Part shown: one piece after another, positions 40,891 to 51,128 of the stretch | Layout of the letters: every line of letters begins with the position of its first letter | Position numbering within the stretch: position 1 is the stretch's first letter | Virus record (IMG/VR): IMGVR_UViG_3300020045_005021 | Span: 1 to 57,163 of that record | DNA length: 57,163 nucleotides | Strand: one strand, 5' to 3' | Source: a virus | Taxonomy: Duplodnaviria; Caudoviricetes | Translations under genes and position numbers: made by a program | Notes under the pieces: model-generated | Database searches by the model: none | Seen by the model: only the letters and a program-made list of their open reading frames with translations | What the model was told of the DNA's origin: nothing

Positions 40891-41277
40891 ATGAAAGAAA
40901 ATGAAGTTCAATTTGTGTCCGTCTATGGAACTCTCCGTAAAGAATGTGGTGCAAATTATAAAATGGATAATGCTGAATTTATTGGTATGTCTAAAGAAAA
41001 TGTAAACTTTAAAATGTTACATTTAGGTGGCTTCCCAGGATTAGTAAAATCTGAAGAAAAGAATGAATTAATCTTTGAGACATATAAAATCAAAGATAAT
41101 GATAAAGATACTTTAAGGACTCTTGACCAATATGAAGGTTATCCATCATTCTATGATAGATGTGAGATTGAATTAGAGAATCTTGGAGTAAAAAGTTGGG
41201 TTTATTATCTGAAAAATGATAAAGAATACAGTAATGGCAATAACCAAATAATTTCAGGCGACTGGATGAATCAATAA
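40891..41277 (+). CDS. Gamma-glutamylcyclotransferase (GGCT/AIG2-like)
   Basis: VSVYGTLR, LGGFPGL, LDQYEGYP, SGDW. Confidence 0.9.
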   Translation: MKENEVQFVSVYGTLRKECGANYKMDNAEFIGMSKENVNFKMLHLGGFPGLVKSEEKNELIFETYKIKDNDKDTLRTLDQYEGYPSFYDRCEIELENLGVKSWVYYLKNDKEYSNGNNQIISGDWMNQ

Positions 41278-41404
41278 ATTATGAAATATTTAAAAGGATT
41301 TGTAGTTGGAGTTATTTTTGAATATTTAATTAAAGTAGATTTTCATATTCCATCATTAATAGCAATGATTTTAATAATAATTGGTATAATATTAAACGAA
41401 CTAG

Positions 41405-42205
41405 ATGAAACAAAAATATTTAAAAATAAGAACTAAGAATCATACAGCTCAACCTCTCAAAAACTTAATAGAGGTCAATGGTAGGGCAGTATTTCGTTTA
41501 GGTAGTCTAACACCTACTGAAGAAATATTCCCTCGCGGCGTGGCTTTAAATAGGCCCATTATTGAGATTAACACAGCAGAGGCTTGTCATAATAGTGGTA
41601 ACAAGATTTTAATGAAGGAGTGTTTTGATGAGTTAAATATAAAATCAGCTGAATGGGATGTTGTAGAACAACCAGACGGAGAAGTTACCAATTGGGAGAT
41701 CTTTCCAGCTATAATTAAACATAAAAACTCAGCAAAAGGAGAAGGCATTTACATGATTAATTCTATTGAAGAATATGAGGATTTTATAAATGACAAAAAT
41801 AGACTTTATGATTATATTATTGAAAAATACTATAATTATTCTAAAGAATATCGTCTTCATGTAACAGAAGATGGTTGTTTCTATACTTGTCGCAAAATGC
41901 TTAAAGAAGATGCTGAAGAACGCTGGCATCGTCATGATATGAATTCAGTATGGATAGTTGAAGAAAATCCTTTGTTTGAAAAACCAAGTAATTGGGCTTA
42001 TATCGAAGCTGAATGCGTAAAATCATTAAATGCTGTTGGATTGGATGTTGGAGCTTGTGATGTAAAAGTTCAATCTGAGAAAGGTCATGATAGAGTTGGC
42101 AATCCAGAATTTATTATTTTGGAAATTAACTCAGCTCCATCATTTGGATTAACAACATTAATTAAATATGAAGAACAACTTAGAAAAATGTTAAATGGTA
42201 ATTAA
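41405..42205 (+). CDS. ATP-grasp ligase (RimK-like)
   Basis: FPAIIK..AKGEGI, KEYRLHV, GLDVGACDV, ILEINSAPS. Confidence 0.85.
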   Translation: MKQKYLKIRTKNHTAQPLKNLIEVNGRAVFRLGSLTPTEEIFPRGVALNRPIIEINTAEACHNSGNKILMKECFDELNIKSAEWDVVEQPDGEVTNWEIFPAIIKHKNSAKGEGIYMINSIEEYEDFINDKNRLYDYIIEKYYNYSKEYRLHVTEDGCFYTCRKMLKEDAEERWHRHDMNSVWIVEENPLFEKPSNWAYIEAECVKSLNAVGLDVGACDVKVQSEKGHDRVGNPEFIILEINSAPSFGLTTLIKYEEQLRKMLNGN

Positions 42206-43001
42206 TGCATTAAATTATAAAACAGTTTACAGTTGGTCAATAAATAATAAGGCGGAAGAGGTTAGAAGAAGTGCTGCATGCTTCTCTACTTTATATGGTG
42301 AGACTTTTAGAGAAATGCAAAATAAAAAAACTAATTTTGGTAATATAAATATTAAAGTTTATTTTAGCAGAGATAGAAATCAAGATGCTGAAGATAATTA
42401 TTGCTTATTAAATGATATTGAGCTAAAAGAATATATTGAATGGATTAAAAAAATCACTAAATTCAATATTAGATTGTCCAATAAGATTAAAATAGCTGAT
42501 TCTTGTAATGATTTAAATTATAAAATGCTTTCTATAAAATTCACTAAAAGAATGCCATATGAAATCAAATTAATCTGTGCTTTAGTTAGAAATCTTTATG
42601 AATGTCCGTATAATATAATGGTCAAAACTGCATTTTTATTGAAAAATCATGAAGAATATGCAAATTTAGATTTTACTGAAAGACTTTGTATTGCAATAAA
42701 TTCTATAGCTGGATATAATACTGGGCATTCTACATTTCAATATGAAGGAGTAGATTTTTATAATGATAAATCATTAAGAAATAGATATTGCAAAGCTGCT
42801 AGAACTGAAATGAATGTAAATGGATTCATGTTGAAAAATAATAGATTAGTCTATGATAGAAATTACTTTGATAGTCATGATCGAGATGAAGATGATGAAG
42901 ATATTACAATATTTGATTCATTGGAAGAAGATTATATTTCAGATGAATACATGAAAATACTACAGAAAAACTATAAAATAATGAAAAATAACAATGGATA
43001 A
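42195..43001 (+). CDS. Hypothetical protein within the amidoligase cluster
   Basis: 268 aa, overlaps both neighbours. Confidence 0.6.
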   Translation: MVINALNYKTVYSWSINNKAEEVRRSAACFSTLYGETFREMQNKKTNFGNINIKVYFSRDRNQDAEDNYCLLNDIELKEYIEWIKKITKFNIRLSNKIKIADSCNDLNYKMLSIKFTKRMPYEIKLICALVRNLYECPYNIMVKTAFLLKNHEEYANLDFTERLCIAINSIAGYNTGHSTFQYEGVDFYNDKSLRNRYCKAARTEMNVNGFMLKNNRLVYDRNYFDSHDRDEDDEDITIFDSLEEDYISDEYMKILQKNYKIMKNNNG

Positions 43002-43884
43002 TAAATTAATAAAAGTATATGTAGTTGGTGGAGATACTTCTTATACAAATTTATTCTTAGATAAGATTGAGATTGTGTCAGAAATTAAAGATGCTAATGT
43101 AGTACTCTTTACCGGTGGAGAGGATGTCTATCCTGGAAACTATGGAGAGGAAGTTGGTAAATATACTAGCTACAATAGGACTAGAGATAAATTTGAAACT
43201 TCTGAATTTCTTAAAGCAAGAGATTTAGGTAAGTTTCTATTAGGCATATGCAGAGGAAGTCAACTTATAACTACTTTATCTGGTGGAGGGTTAGTGCAGC
43301 ATGTATCTGGCCATGGAATATCTGGTACTCATAAAATTCATTTAATAAATGAAAAAGTTGATATAGATATTACAAGCACTCATCATCAAATGATGTGGCC
43401 TTTCTGGTTAGATAAATCAGAATATACAATATTAGCAAAAGCTAAAGACAATTTATCTTCAACTTATTTAAATGGAGATGATTGCGAAAAGAATTTGCCA
43501 GTAGATTTTGTAGAGCCAGAAATAGTCTATTATAAAAAGACTAATGCTTTGTGTATTCAAGGTCATCCTGAATATATGCCAAAAGATTCTAGTGCTGTAA
43601 AATATATAAACGTTCTTATCAGAGAGTATTTGGAAGATACAGTAGAGATTCCATATAAAGACTTAGATTTAGCTAAAGCACCTAATGTGGATGATGGAGT
43701 TTTAAGACAAATAAACAACATAAATATTCAAAGAGTTGAATTGAATGACATAGATTGGAATGCTCAAAGAGTTCGTTTAAATGATGCTTTTGCAAATGCT
43801 GTAAATAATATTCAAGTTGCACCACAAAGACAAAGAGTTCGTAGAGAAATTGATCATTTAATAGAACCAGATGATTTCTTTTGA
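42994..43884 (+). CDS. Class I glutamine amidotransferase / peptidase C26-like
   Basis: FTGGEDV, GICRG nucleophile, STHHQ, QGHPE; TGA TAA double stop. Confidence 0.9.
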   Translation: MDNKLIKVYVVGGDTSYTNLFLDKIEIVSEIKDANVVLFTGGEDVYPGNYGEEVGKYTSYNRTRDKFETSEFLKARDLGKFLLGICRGSQLITTLSGGGLVQHVSGHGISGTHKIHLINEKVDIDITSTHHQMMWPFWLDKSEYTILAKAKDNLSSTYLNGDDCEKNLPVDFVEPEIVYYKKTNALCIQGHPEYMPKDSSAVKYINVLIREYLEDTVEIPYKDLDLAKAPNVDDGVLRQINNINIQRVELNDIDWNAQRVRLNDAFANAVNNIQVAPQRQRVRREIDHLIEPDDFF

Positions 43885-43920
43885 TAATTATAGTGTAAAA
43901 TAATAACAAAATTTTAAAAT

Positions 43921-44733
43921 ATGCAAGAAATATTTCAATATAAAAACATTACAATTGGGACAGACCCAGAATTTTTTATACAAAATAAAGATGGTAAATT
44001 AATTTCTTCAATAGGAATAATCACTGGGACAAAAGACATTCCTAATAGATTAAAACATTTAGGAGCTGGATTTGCTATTCAATGCGACAATGTTCTGGGA
44101 GAATTCAATGTGCCTCATGGATACACAGCTAAAGAAGTTGCGAATAATATAGCAATTATGAAAGCTTATATTACTGGATTCTTAGAAAGTAGAGATTTAC
44201 ATCCAGTATATGCAGCATCAGCAGTTTATGATGATGACCAAATCCAATCAGATGAAGCTAAAGAGTTTGGTTGTAGCCCAGATTACAATGCTTGGACTAA
44301 TGGTGTTAATCAAAAGCCAGAAGGTGCTTCTACCAATCTTAGGTCAGCAGGAATGCACCAACACATTGGGTATGATAACAAATCAGCCAAACGTTCAAGA
44401 GATATTATTAAAGCTTTAGATGTATTTGTTGGAGTTCCATCAGTAATTATTGATACTGATACTAAACGTAGGAGTTTATATGGTAAGGCTGGGTGCTTTC
44501 GCCACACGATTTTTGGGTGCGAGTACAGAACTCCATCGGGATTCTTTTTGAGCGATCCTAAACTTACAGAATGGTCATTTAATCAAATATTTGAAGCTAT
44601 AAACTATTTAAATGAATTTGGTATCGAAGAAATCAATAATGACAAAGATTGGATTGTAGAGACAATCAATTCTGGAAATATTGATGAGGCTAAAAAGATA
44701 GTATCAAAATATAAAATTAATCTAAAATATTAA
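43921..44733 (+). CDS. phiEco32-like COOH-NH2 ligase type 2
   Basis: IGTDPEFF, GTK, DNVLGEFN, FGCSPDYNAW, LRSAGMHQHIG, RRSLYGKAG, CEYRT. Confidence 0.9.
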   Translation: MQEIFQYKNITIGTDPEFFIQNKDGKLISSIGIITGTKDIPNRLKHLGAGFAIQCDNVLGEFNVPHGYTAKEVANNIAIMKAYITGFLESRDLHPVYAASAVYDDDQIQSDEAKEFGCSPDYNAWTNGVNQKPEGASTNLRSAGMHQHIGYDNKSAKRSRDIIKALDVFVGVPSVIIDTDTKRRSLYGKAGCFRHTIFGCEYRTPSGFFLSDPKLTEWSFNQIFEAINYLNEFGIEEINNDKDWIVETINSGNIDEAKKIVSKYKINLKY

Positions 44734-44734
44734 T

Positions 44735-45076
44735 ATGAGCCCAATAGAATTAACTGATTTGCATAAATTTAAATTATTAGAAATGTGTAAAGTTTTATTT
44801 CCTAATTATTATCATCTCAATTTTTATTCAGCACAAAGTAAAGCTTTGCAGATATCAGAGACTAAAAATGATTTAGATTTAATTCATTGGTTTGAATTTG
44901 TGATGACGTATCTAGTTGAGAAAATTTTAAATCCAAATCCAAATCATCCAAACAGAGGTTTAGTAGATAAATTTAAAGATTTTTTCTGGCAGACTAATTT
45001 ATTCATAATGAATTCGAATGAAGGAACTAAACACCCGATTGACTATCTTTACGAACAATTTAAACAACTAAAATAA
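44735..45076 (+). CDS. Hypothetical protein
   Basis: 113 aa; IHWFEF..HPIDYL. Confidence 0.55.
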   Translation: MSPIELTDLHKFKLLEMCKVLFPNYYHLNFYSAQSKALQISETKNDLDLIHWFEFVMTYLVEKILNPNPNHPNRGLVDKFKDFFWQTNLFIMNSNEGTKHPIDYLYEQFKQLK

Positions 45077-45081
45077 ACTAA

Positions 45082-46584
45082 ATGTGTGGAATCGCAGGAT
45101 ACATAGGAAACAATTTTAATAAATACAAATTCAATATTCTTGGATTATATAATGATTCACGAGGAGGAGACTCTTGTGGTATTGTTACAAGTAATCAAGA
45201 AAATGTTGAAGTCTATTATGGACATGATAAAACAAAACTTTATAAAAATTTTGTAGAACTTGGTGGATTAAAAGATGCAAATCTTGAGTCACCAAATTTC
45301 GCATTATTACATTGCCGTAAAGCATCAGTGGGTGGGATTAGTCTAGCGACTGCCCAACCAGTGGTGATCAGGGATGAGAATGAAGATATAGTTTTCTCAA
45401 TGATTCATAATGGAACATTAATAAATTACAAAGAATTAGCTGTAAAATATGGCGTAGATTTTATGCTGTCGGAAACTGATTCTCAGATATTCTGCAAGAC
45501 AGTTTTTAAAGCTGGATATAAAGTTCTATCAGAGTATGATGGGGCTGGAGCATTTGTATTTTGGGACAAAAGAGATGGTGTTGATACTATAAAAGTATTC
45601 AAAGGAGCTTCTTTATTCTATGAGAATGACGCAGCTTTATATATTGAAAGACCATTATTTTGTATTAAAGAAAAGAATTCTTTTTGGTTTTCGTCAATGG
45701 AAGAATCGTTAGAATTTGTTAATGATACTAATGCTAAAATTGAATCAGTAAAAAGCAATACTTTAATTACTATTAAAAATGGAAAAGTCATTAGTGAAGA
45801 TAAAATCAATAGGTCTGATAGAAAGCAATCAGATAAACTAGCTATTAACTGGGAGAAACAAAGAGAATTAAATAGAAAGAATTATCTAACAGCTCAAACA
45901 TCATTTACAGAAGATGATTATGAAGATGTATGGGGAGCTGAATGGAATAGACATACTCCACAATACTCAAGCGCCTATAGACTTAGTGAAAAGACTAATA
46001 AAATATCAGCTTCAACCTATATCAGTAAAGATAAAATATACTTTAATGTTGATGGACTATATTATTTAAATGGACTTCCATGCGATGGACCAATTGAATG
46101 TACTCCTGCTGGATTTACTGATGTAACAATGGTAAAGAAAGACATGTATTACTTTGTATTAGGAGTATTAATGTATAGCTATTTTGATTATTTATGTGCA
46201 AGTCAATTTGTAAGTCAGAATTTTGCACAAGAAGATTGTGTAGAAATGTATTTAGCTCCATATTCACCAACACCAGTGCCCTGGAGCTTTCTAGATGATA
46301 ATAAGTTTGTTTATACAGAATTTTATCATTATAACGAAAGACTAAAAGATACTGAGTTATTTAATGGACCATTTGAGCCATACTTTAACTTCAAGAAAGA
46401 TAAGTATATTGTAAATTCTGGAGAAATTACATGGCATTATGAAATGGCTACTGGCGGATCATATTACACGGCAGATCCAAAAAAAACTGCTTTAGATTTA
46501 GAAATATTACATGGTGTAATATCAAAGAATGAATTAAAAAAAATGATTAGAAAAAATTTAAAAACCGTTTATGCGAGAAATTAA
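45082..46584 (+). CDS. Class II (Ntn) glutamine amidotransferase with C-terminal extension
   Basis: MCGIAG, RGGDSCG, HCRKAS, HNGT, ETDS. Confidence 0.9.
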   Translation: MCGIAGYIGNNFNKYKFNILGLYNDSRGGDSCGIVTSNQENVEVYYGHDKTKLYKNFVELGGLKDANLESPNFALLHCRKASVGGISLATAQPVVIRDENEDIVFSMIHNGTLINYKELAVKYGVDFMLSETDSQIFCKTVFKAGYKVLSEYDGAGAFVFWDKRDGVDTIKVFKGASLFYENDAALYIERPLFCIKEKNSFWFSSMEESLEFVNDTNAKIESVKSNTLITIKNGKVISEDKINRSDRKQSDKLAINWEKQRELNRKNYLTAQTSFTEDDYEDVWGAEWNRHTPQYSSAYRLSEKTNKISASTYISKDKIYFNVDGLYYLNGLPCDGPIECTPAGFTDVTMVKKDMYYFVLGVLMYSYFDYLCASQFVSQNFAQEDCVEMYLAPYSPTPVPWSFLDDNKFVYTEFYHYNERLKDTELFNGPFEPYFNFKKDKYIVNSGEITWHYEMATGGSYYTADPKKTALDLEILHGVISKNELKKMIRKNLKTVYARN

Positions 46585-47977
46585 AGATATTAAAGTGATA
46601 ACTATCTTTGGAAATACAGTAAGTAAGAAAAACTGTATTTCCATTAGTGGTGAATATTATGAAAAAAATGTTGATTGCTTCAATGTAGATGGTAGATGGT
46701 TTCGCAAGGGAAATCCTAGAATTTATTTTGATGATATTAAGCAAGAGTGGAGAAAAATAACTCCTAATGTAGTAGAAGGTATTGTTAGATATGATGAAGT
46801 AGATGACAAGTATATCATTGGTAAATTTGAAAAAGAATTTGAAGCTGATTATTTTGTAGAAACATATTATGGCAAACAAACAGTTTATAGTAAGGAATTG
46901 TTTGATAAAATTCCTAAAATGTTTGATGCATTTAACGGAGTATTTTATGACTATAAAAGAGCATATTCAAGAGGTTATGAAAAGTCTAAAGATAAGCAAG
47001 GTAATGCTTATATTTACACATTTGAAAGATTATATAATTCTGAAAATTTAATAGGATTATTCTCTCAAGTTGATAATTCTAAATATATAGAAAAATTAAT
47101 CAATGCAGATAATTATTCTAGACTTTTAGACAAATATTCTTTTGGATTTGAGATTGAAACATCTGCTGGGATTATTCCAGAATATAAGTGTAAACAACTA
47201 GGATTAATTCCATTAAAAGATGGCTCTATATCTGGTCATGAATACACTACTATTCCAATGAAAGGAATTGCTGGAGTAAATCTATTAGCTAATCAAATGA
47301 AAGAATTAAAGAATAGTTGTTCTATTGATAGAAACTGTTCTGTGCATTTACATCTAGGAGGATTTCCATTAGAAGAATCTAAGATTCTATCATTGTATAA
47401 TCTTTGCCATGAATTACAAAATGAAATTGGAGAATTATTTCCATATTACGTTTTTAATACTGGTAAATATAAAGGTAACGGTAAGGATTATTGCAAGAAA
47501 CTTCCACAGAAAATGGATTCTATAGAAGTATTATACAATTTTTTATCTGATGGAAATGCTGACTGGGATAATAGTTTTATGCAACCACATCCTAGTGATC
47601 CAAGACGTGATAGAAAGTGGGAAGTCCACAGTCGCTATTACTATTGTAACTTCATTAATATGTTATTTGGTAAAAACGTAAAAACTGTAGAGTTTAGAAT
47701 TCATAATGCAACAACAAATATTGACAAATTAGTAAATTGGTTACATATTTGTATGGCAATTTTAAACTATGCAGAGAATAATAATGAGTCTGGAAGAAAA
47801 ACATTAGCGCAGATTATTGAGTATTCATACGATACAAAAACATCAACTATTCTTTGTGATTATATCAAAGAACGTAAAGTGTATAATAAAATGTGTCAAA
47901 ATAAGTTTAGTGACACTTATGGATATTTTGATTTGATGGATGATAAATCAATGTCATTTAAAACACCAGTAAACTAA
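46571..47977 (+). CDS. Putative amidoligase (glutamine synthetase-like fold)
   Basis: FGFEIET, DGSI, EYTT, CSVHLH, RYY, TVEFRIH. Confidence 0.85.
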   Translation: MREIKDIKVITIFGNTVSKKNCISISGEYYEKNVDCFNVDGRWFRKGNPRIYFDDIKQEWRKITPNVVEGIVRYDEVDDKYIIGKFEKEFEADYFVETYYGKQTVYSKELFDKIPKMFDAFNGVFYDYKRAYSRGYEKSKDKQGNAYIYTFERLYNSENLIGLFSQVDNSKYIEKLINADNYSRLLDKYSFGFEIETSAGIIPEYKCKQLGLIPLKDGSISGHEYTTIPMKGIAGVNLLANQMKELKNSCSIDRNCSVHLHLGGFPLEESKILSLYNLCHELQNEIGELFPYYVFNTGKYKGNGKDYCKKLPQKMDSIEVLYNFLSDGNADWDNSFMQPHPSDPRRDRKWEVHSRYYYCNFINMLFGKNVKTVEFRIHNATTNIDKLVNWLHICMAILNYAENNNESGRKTLAQIIEYSYDTKTSTILCDYIKERKVYNKMCQNKFSDTYGYFDLMDDKSMSFKTPVN

Positions 47978-47978
47978 T

Positions 47979-48431
47979 ATGGCAGAAAATGTAAAAGTTA
48001 AGAATGCCAAAAAGGTTGAGTATGATGGAGTGAAGTTTGATAGTGCATTAGAAGTTTTTACATACAAGCAATTAAAGTTATTGGGTGTTGAATTTAATTA
48101 TGCAGGAGTAGTCTTTGAGATTATTCCTGCATTAGTTTTAAATAAGACTATTGCTTTATGGCCTAATGCTTCAGGAGCTGATAAAAAGACTTTAAGACTT
48201 AGGGATAAAATCAAAAAGAAAACTTATACACCCGATTTCACTCACTATTGGAAAGATAAATATTTCATTTGCTGGGAGGCGAAAGGTTGGGCTAATGACG
48301 ACTTTGTAAGTAAAAAAAAACTTATTATGCAATATCTTGAAAAAAGTGATTGGATAACCCCGGTATTTCTTGAGCCTCATTCACAATTTCAGGTGAAAGA
48401 ATGTATTGAATTTATTAAAAATTTAGAATAA
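47979..48431 (+). CDS. PD-(D/E)xK endonuclease (DUF1064-like)
   Basis: DGVKFDSALE, YTPDF, EAKG. Confidence 0.8.
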   Translation: MAENVKVKNAKKVEYDGVKFDSALEVFTYKQLKLLGVEFNYAGVVFEIIPALVLNKTIALWPNASGADKKTLRLRDKIKKKTYTPDFTHYWKDKYFICWEAKGWANDDFVSKKKLIMQYLEKSDWITPVFLEPHSQFQVKECIEFIKNLE

Positions 48432-48661
48432 TGAAAACACCAAAAGATTATCTAGCAGAAATGCAAATAGATGATGATATATTATTTAATAGAAATGAAG
48501 TTTCGGTTTGGTTATCAGATTTTATTAAAGAAGTTCAAAAAGAATCATATAATCAAGCAATTCAAGATGCATCAGACAATGCAAAAATTGTTGGAGGAGG
48601 TTTTTACGGACAATTCGGTAAAGTAGATAAAAATTCAATTCTTAAACTTAAAATAAAATAA
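48431..48661 (+). CDS. Hypothetical protein (YNQAI...VDKNSILKLK family)
   Basis: Motifs shared with 38772 and 48815 ORFs. Confidence 0.55.
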   Translation: MKTPKDYLAEMQIDDDILFNRNEVSVWLSDFIKEVQKESYNQAIQDASDNAKIVGGGFYGQFGKVDKNSILKLKIK

Positions 48662-48814
48662 TTATGCCAGATAAAAAACTAAATGCAATTAAAGAAATAG
48701 AATTTAGAATTAATAAGTGTAAAGAAGTATTATCAGATTTGAATATGCCGGACAAGCTAACTGAAATTGACAATTTATTATTTGATATTAATGATTTTAT
48801 GAATGATTTAAAAG

Positions 48815-49024
48815 ATGAAGAATCCTAAAGAAATATTAAAAGAATTGCCAAAAGCATTTCATACGCTTTCATTATTTGAGATGGAGCAGATTGTATATAA
48901 TTCCCAAAAGGAAGCCTACAATGAAGCTATATTAGTTTCGGCAAAATATGTAAATTCAGTAGCATTGGACGATAAGGCAATGAGATTTTTGCATAAAACA
49001 ATTTTAAGTTTAAAAATTGATTAA
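48815..49024 (+). CDS. Hypothetical protein (QKEAYNEAI family)
   Basis: Similar to 48431-48661. Confidence 0.5.
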   Translation: MKNPKEILKELPKAFHTLSLFEMEQIVYNSQKEAYNEAILVSAKYVNSVALDDKAMRFLHKTILSLKID

Positions 49025-49031
49025 CAACTAA

Positions 49032-49298
49032 ATGAAACAAATTGAAAAATTAAAACAATTATCAAAATCAGTCTTAAATGATAAAGATTACAGTCTAATC
49101 TTAAAATTCATTAGAGACCATGATTTTGATAATATTTCAGACATAGTAAGGTCTGAAACGATTAAAGAATATAGATTATGTGAACCAGAGAATATGACTG
49201 AAAGATATTGTAAATTGCAAGAAATTAGTTACTTATTAATTGGTTTAGATATAAGTGATACTTATATAGAAAGATGTATAAATTATGATGAGGAATAA
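49032..49298 (+). CDS. Hypothetical protein
   Basis: 88 aa ORF. Confidence 0.5.
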   Translation: MKQIEKLKQLSKSVLNDKDYSLILKFIRDHDFDNISDIVRSETIKEYRLCEPENMTERYCKLQEISYLLIGLDISDTYIERCINYDEE

Positions 49299-49300
49299 GT

Positions 49301-49744
49301 ATGTTGAAAATTAAAAATAAAAAAGTTATAGATTGTTTTGATTGGGATAAATTAGTTAAAGAGACATACAAAAGACCATATCGTTTCCAACAACAAGATA
49401 ATTGTCAAGGTCGTGGTCAAGTAGAACTCACAATACCAAATACTTCATATGATGAAGAAATGCATGACTCTATACCAGAAGTAATAAATGGAGAAGAAAT
49501 GGGAGTAAAATTTAAAGTTTGGTTAGAAAGAGACCCAGAAGCTCCATTAAATCCAACAAACGAACAGTTAGCATTATCCAATTATTATTTCAAAGAAAAT
49601 AGAGATGAGTGGTGTAGTAGTCCAAATCATATAAATTTATTTTATGCAAGAAATTTTTATCCAGAATTACAGGCGGTTGCAAATGATTTACATTCCAGGG
49701 GATTGGTTGAGGCAGGAGAATATACGATAGATATAGATTGGTAA
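49301..49744 (+). CDS. Hypothetical protein
   Basis: 147 aa ORF. Confidence 0.6.
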   Translation: MLKIKNKKVIDCFDWDKLVKETYKRPYRFQQQDNCQGRGQVELTIPNTSYDEEMHDSIPEVINGEEMGVKFKVWLERDPEAPLNPTNEQLALSNYYFKENRDEWCSSPNHINLFYARNFYPELQAVANDLHSRGLVEAGEYTIDIDW

Positions 49745-49765
49745 TTAGAAAAAAAGTTTAAAAAT

Positions 49766-50125
49766 ATGAAATTAAGTAAACAACAAGTTGAAGCCATTGC
49801 TTCCAAGATAAAGAAAAATGTAGTTAAACCAATCAATCAGCACAATAATGATATTAGAAATTTAGTTGAATATACTGATTTTGAAAATCTAAATAAAGAT
49901 TGTGTTAAATTAAAAGCATTATTAGCCAATTATGGCGTGGATTATCAAATTAATCAAATCATATCTAAGATAAAAAATGATTACTTTAAAGATAAATTAA
50001 TATCGCCACCAAATTTCGGATACGATAACTGTGATATTATAAACGATATTATTATTGGAACAATAGAATATGAAAACTTAGAAGAATTAATTAATAGTTT
50101 ATCTGAGAAATATGCCAATGCGTAA
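49766..50125 (+). CDS. Hypothetical protein
   Basis: 119 aa ORF. Confidence 0.55.
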   Translation: MKLSKQQVEAIASKIKKNVVKPINQHNNDIRNLVEYTDFENLNKDCVKLKALLANYGVDYQINQIISKIKNDYFKDKLISPPNFGYDNCDIINDIIIGTIEYENLEELINSLSEKYANA

Positions 50126-51125
50126 AAGTTTAGCTGATATTTCGTGGCAAGTCGATGAGTCCACTTATCGAGCTGATAATGCACTAAGTTACTCAAAACT
50201 TTCACAGTTCTTCAAAAATGGTCCTAAAGCATTAATATCTAATGAAAAGATAGATACGCCAAGCTTACGTTTTGGATCGCTGGTCGATTGTATTTTAACA
50301 GCTCAAGAAGAATTTGATGATAGATTTTATGTGGCAGATATTGATAGGTTTAGTGATACGATAAGAAAGATTGTAGAAGATATTAATTCCTATAGTGGGA
50401 ATTGGGATGAACTAATTCATATACCACAAGATATATGGGAAGAAATCTTAGATAAATATCAATATCAAACCAATTGGAAATGCGACACTAGGGTTAAAAA
50501 AATTGTTGAGCAGGGAGAAGATTATTATACAGTTTTAAAATATTCTACTGGAAAGATAGTTATTTCTCCACAAGAATTTAGTGATGCACAGCAGTGTGTC
50601 ATGACACTAAAAACACATCCATTTAGTTATCAAATATTTGAATGTAATGAAGATGAGGAAATATTCTACCAATTGAAGTTTAAATACAACTTGGCTGGTG
50701 TGAATGCTAGGTGTATGTTTGATATAATTAAAGTTAATCATAAAGAAAAATGGATTCGCTTAATTGATCTTAAAACCTCAGGAAAATCAGAGGAGGAGTT
50801 TGAAAAATCATTCATAGATTGGAACTATTGGTGTCAAAGTGGTCTTTACCACAATATAATTGATCTAAATTTATATGAAGATAATTATTTTAAAGAATTT
50901 AAAGTATTGCCATTTCAATTTCTAGTAATAAATAAATCAAATTTAAATCCTCTTATTTGGGAGGTAAACAGAGATGATGTATTTAATTCAATAAAAGAAA
51001 AGTTTGGAGTTTCATATATGTCATTACTTGTTGATGCTAATTGGCACTTACAAAATGGTAAATTTGATTATTCAAGAAAGAGTTACGAAAATAATGGATG
51101 TAATCCGATAATATTAAAATTATAA
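50112..51125 (+). CDS. PD-(D/E)xK exonuclease (RecE/DUF3799-like)
   Basis: LSYSKL, FGSLVD, RCMFD, IDLKTS, YWCQSGLY. Confidence 0.8.
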   Translation: MPMRKSLADISWQVDESTYRADNALSYSKLSQFFKNGPKALISNEKIDTPSLRFGSLVDCILTAQEEFDDRFYVADIDRFSDTIRKIVEDINSYSGNWDELIHIPQDIWEEILDKYQYQTNWKCDTRVKKIVEQGEDYYTVLKYSTGKIVISPQEFSDAQQCVMTLKTHPFSYQIFECNEDEEIFYQLKFKYNLAGVNARCMFDIIKVNHKEKWIRLIDLKTSGKSEEEFEKSFIDWNYWCQSGLYHNIIDLNLYEDNYFKEFKVLPFQFLVINKSNLNPLIWEVNRDDVFNSIKEKFGVSYMSLLVDANWHLQNGKFDYSRKSYENNGCNPIILKL

Positions 51126-51128
51126 TAA

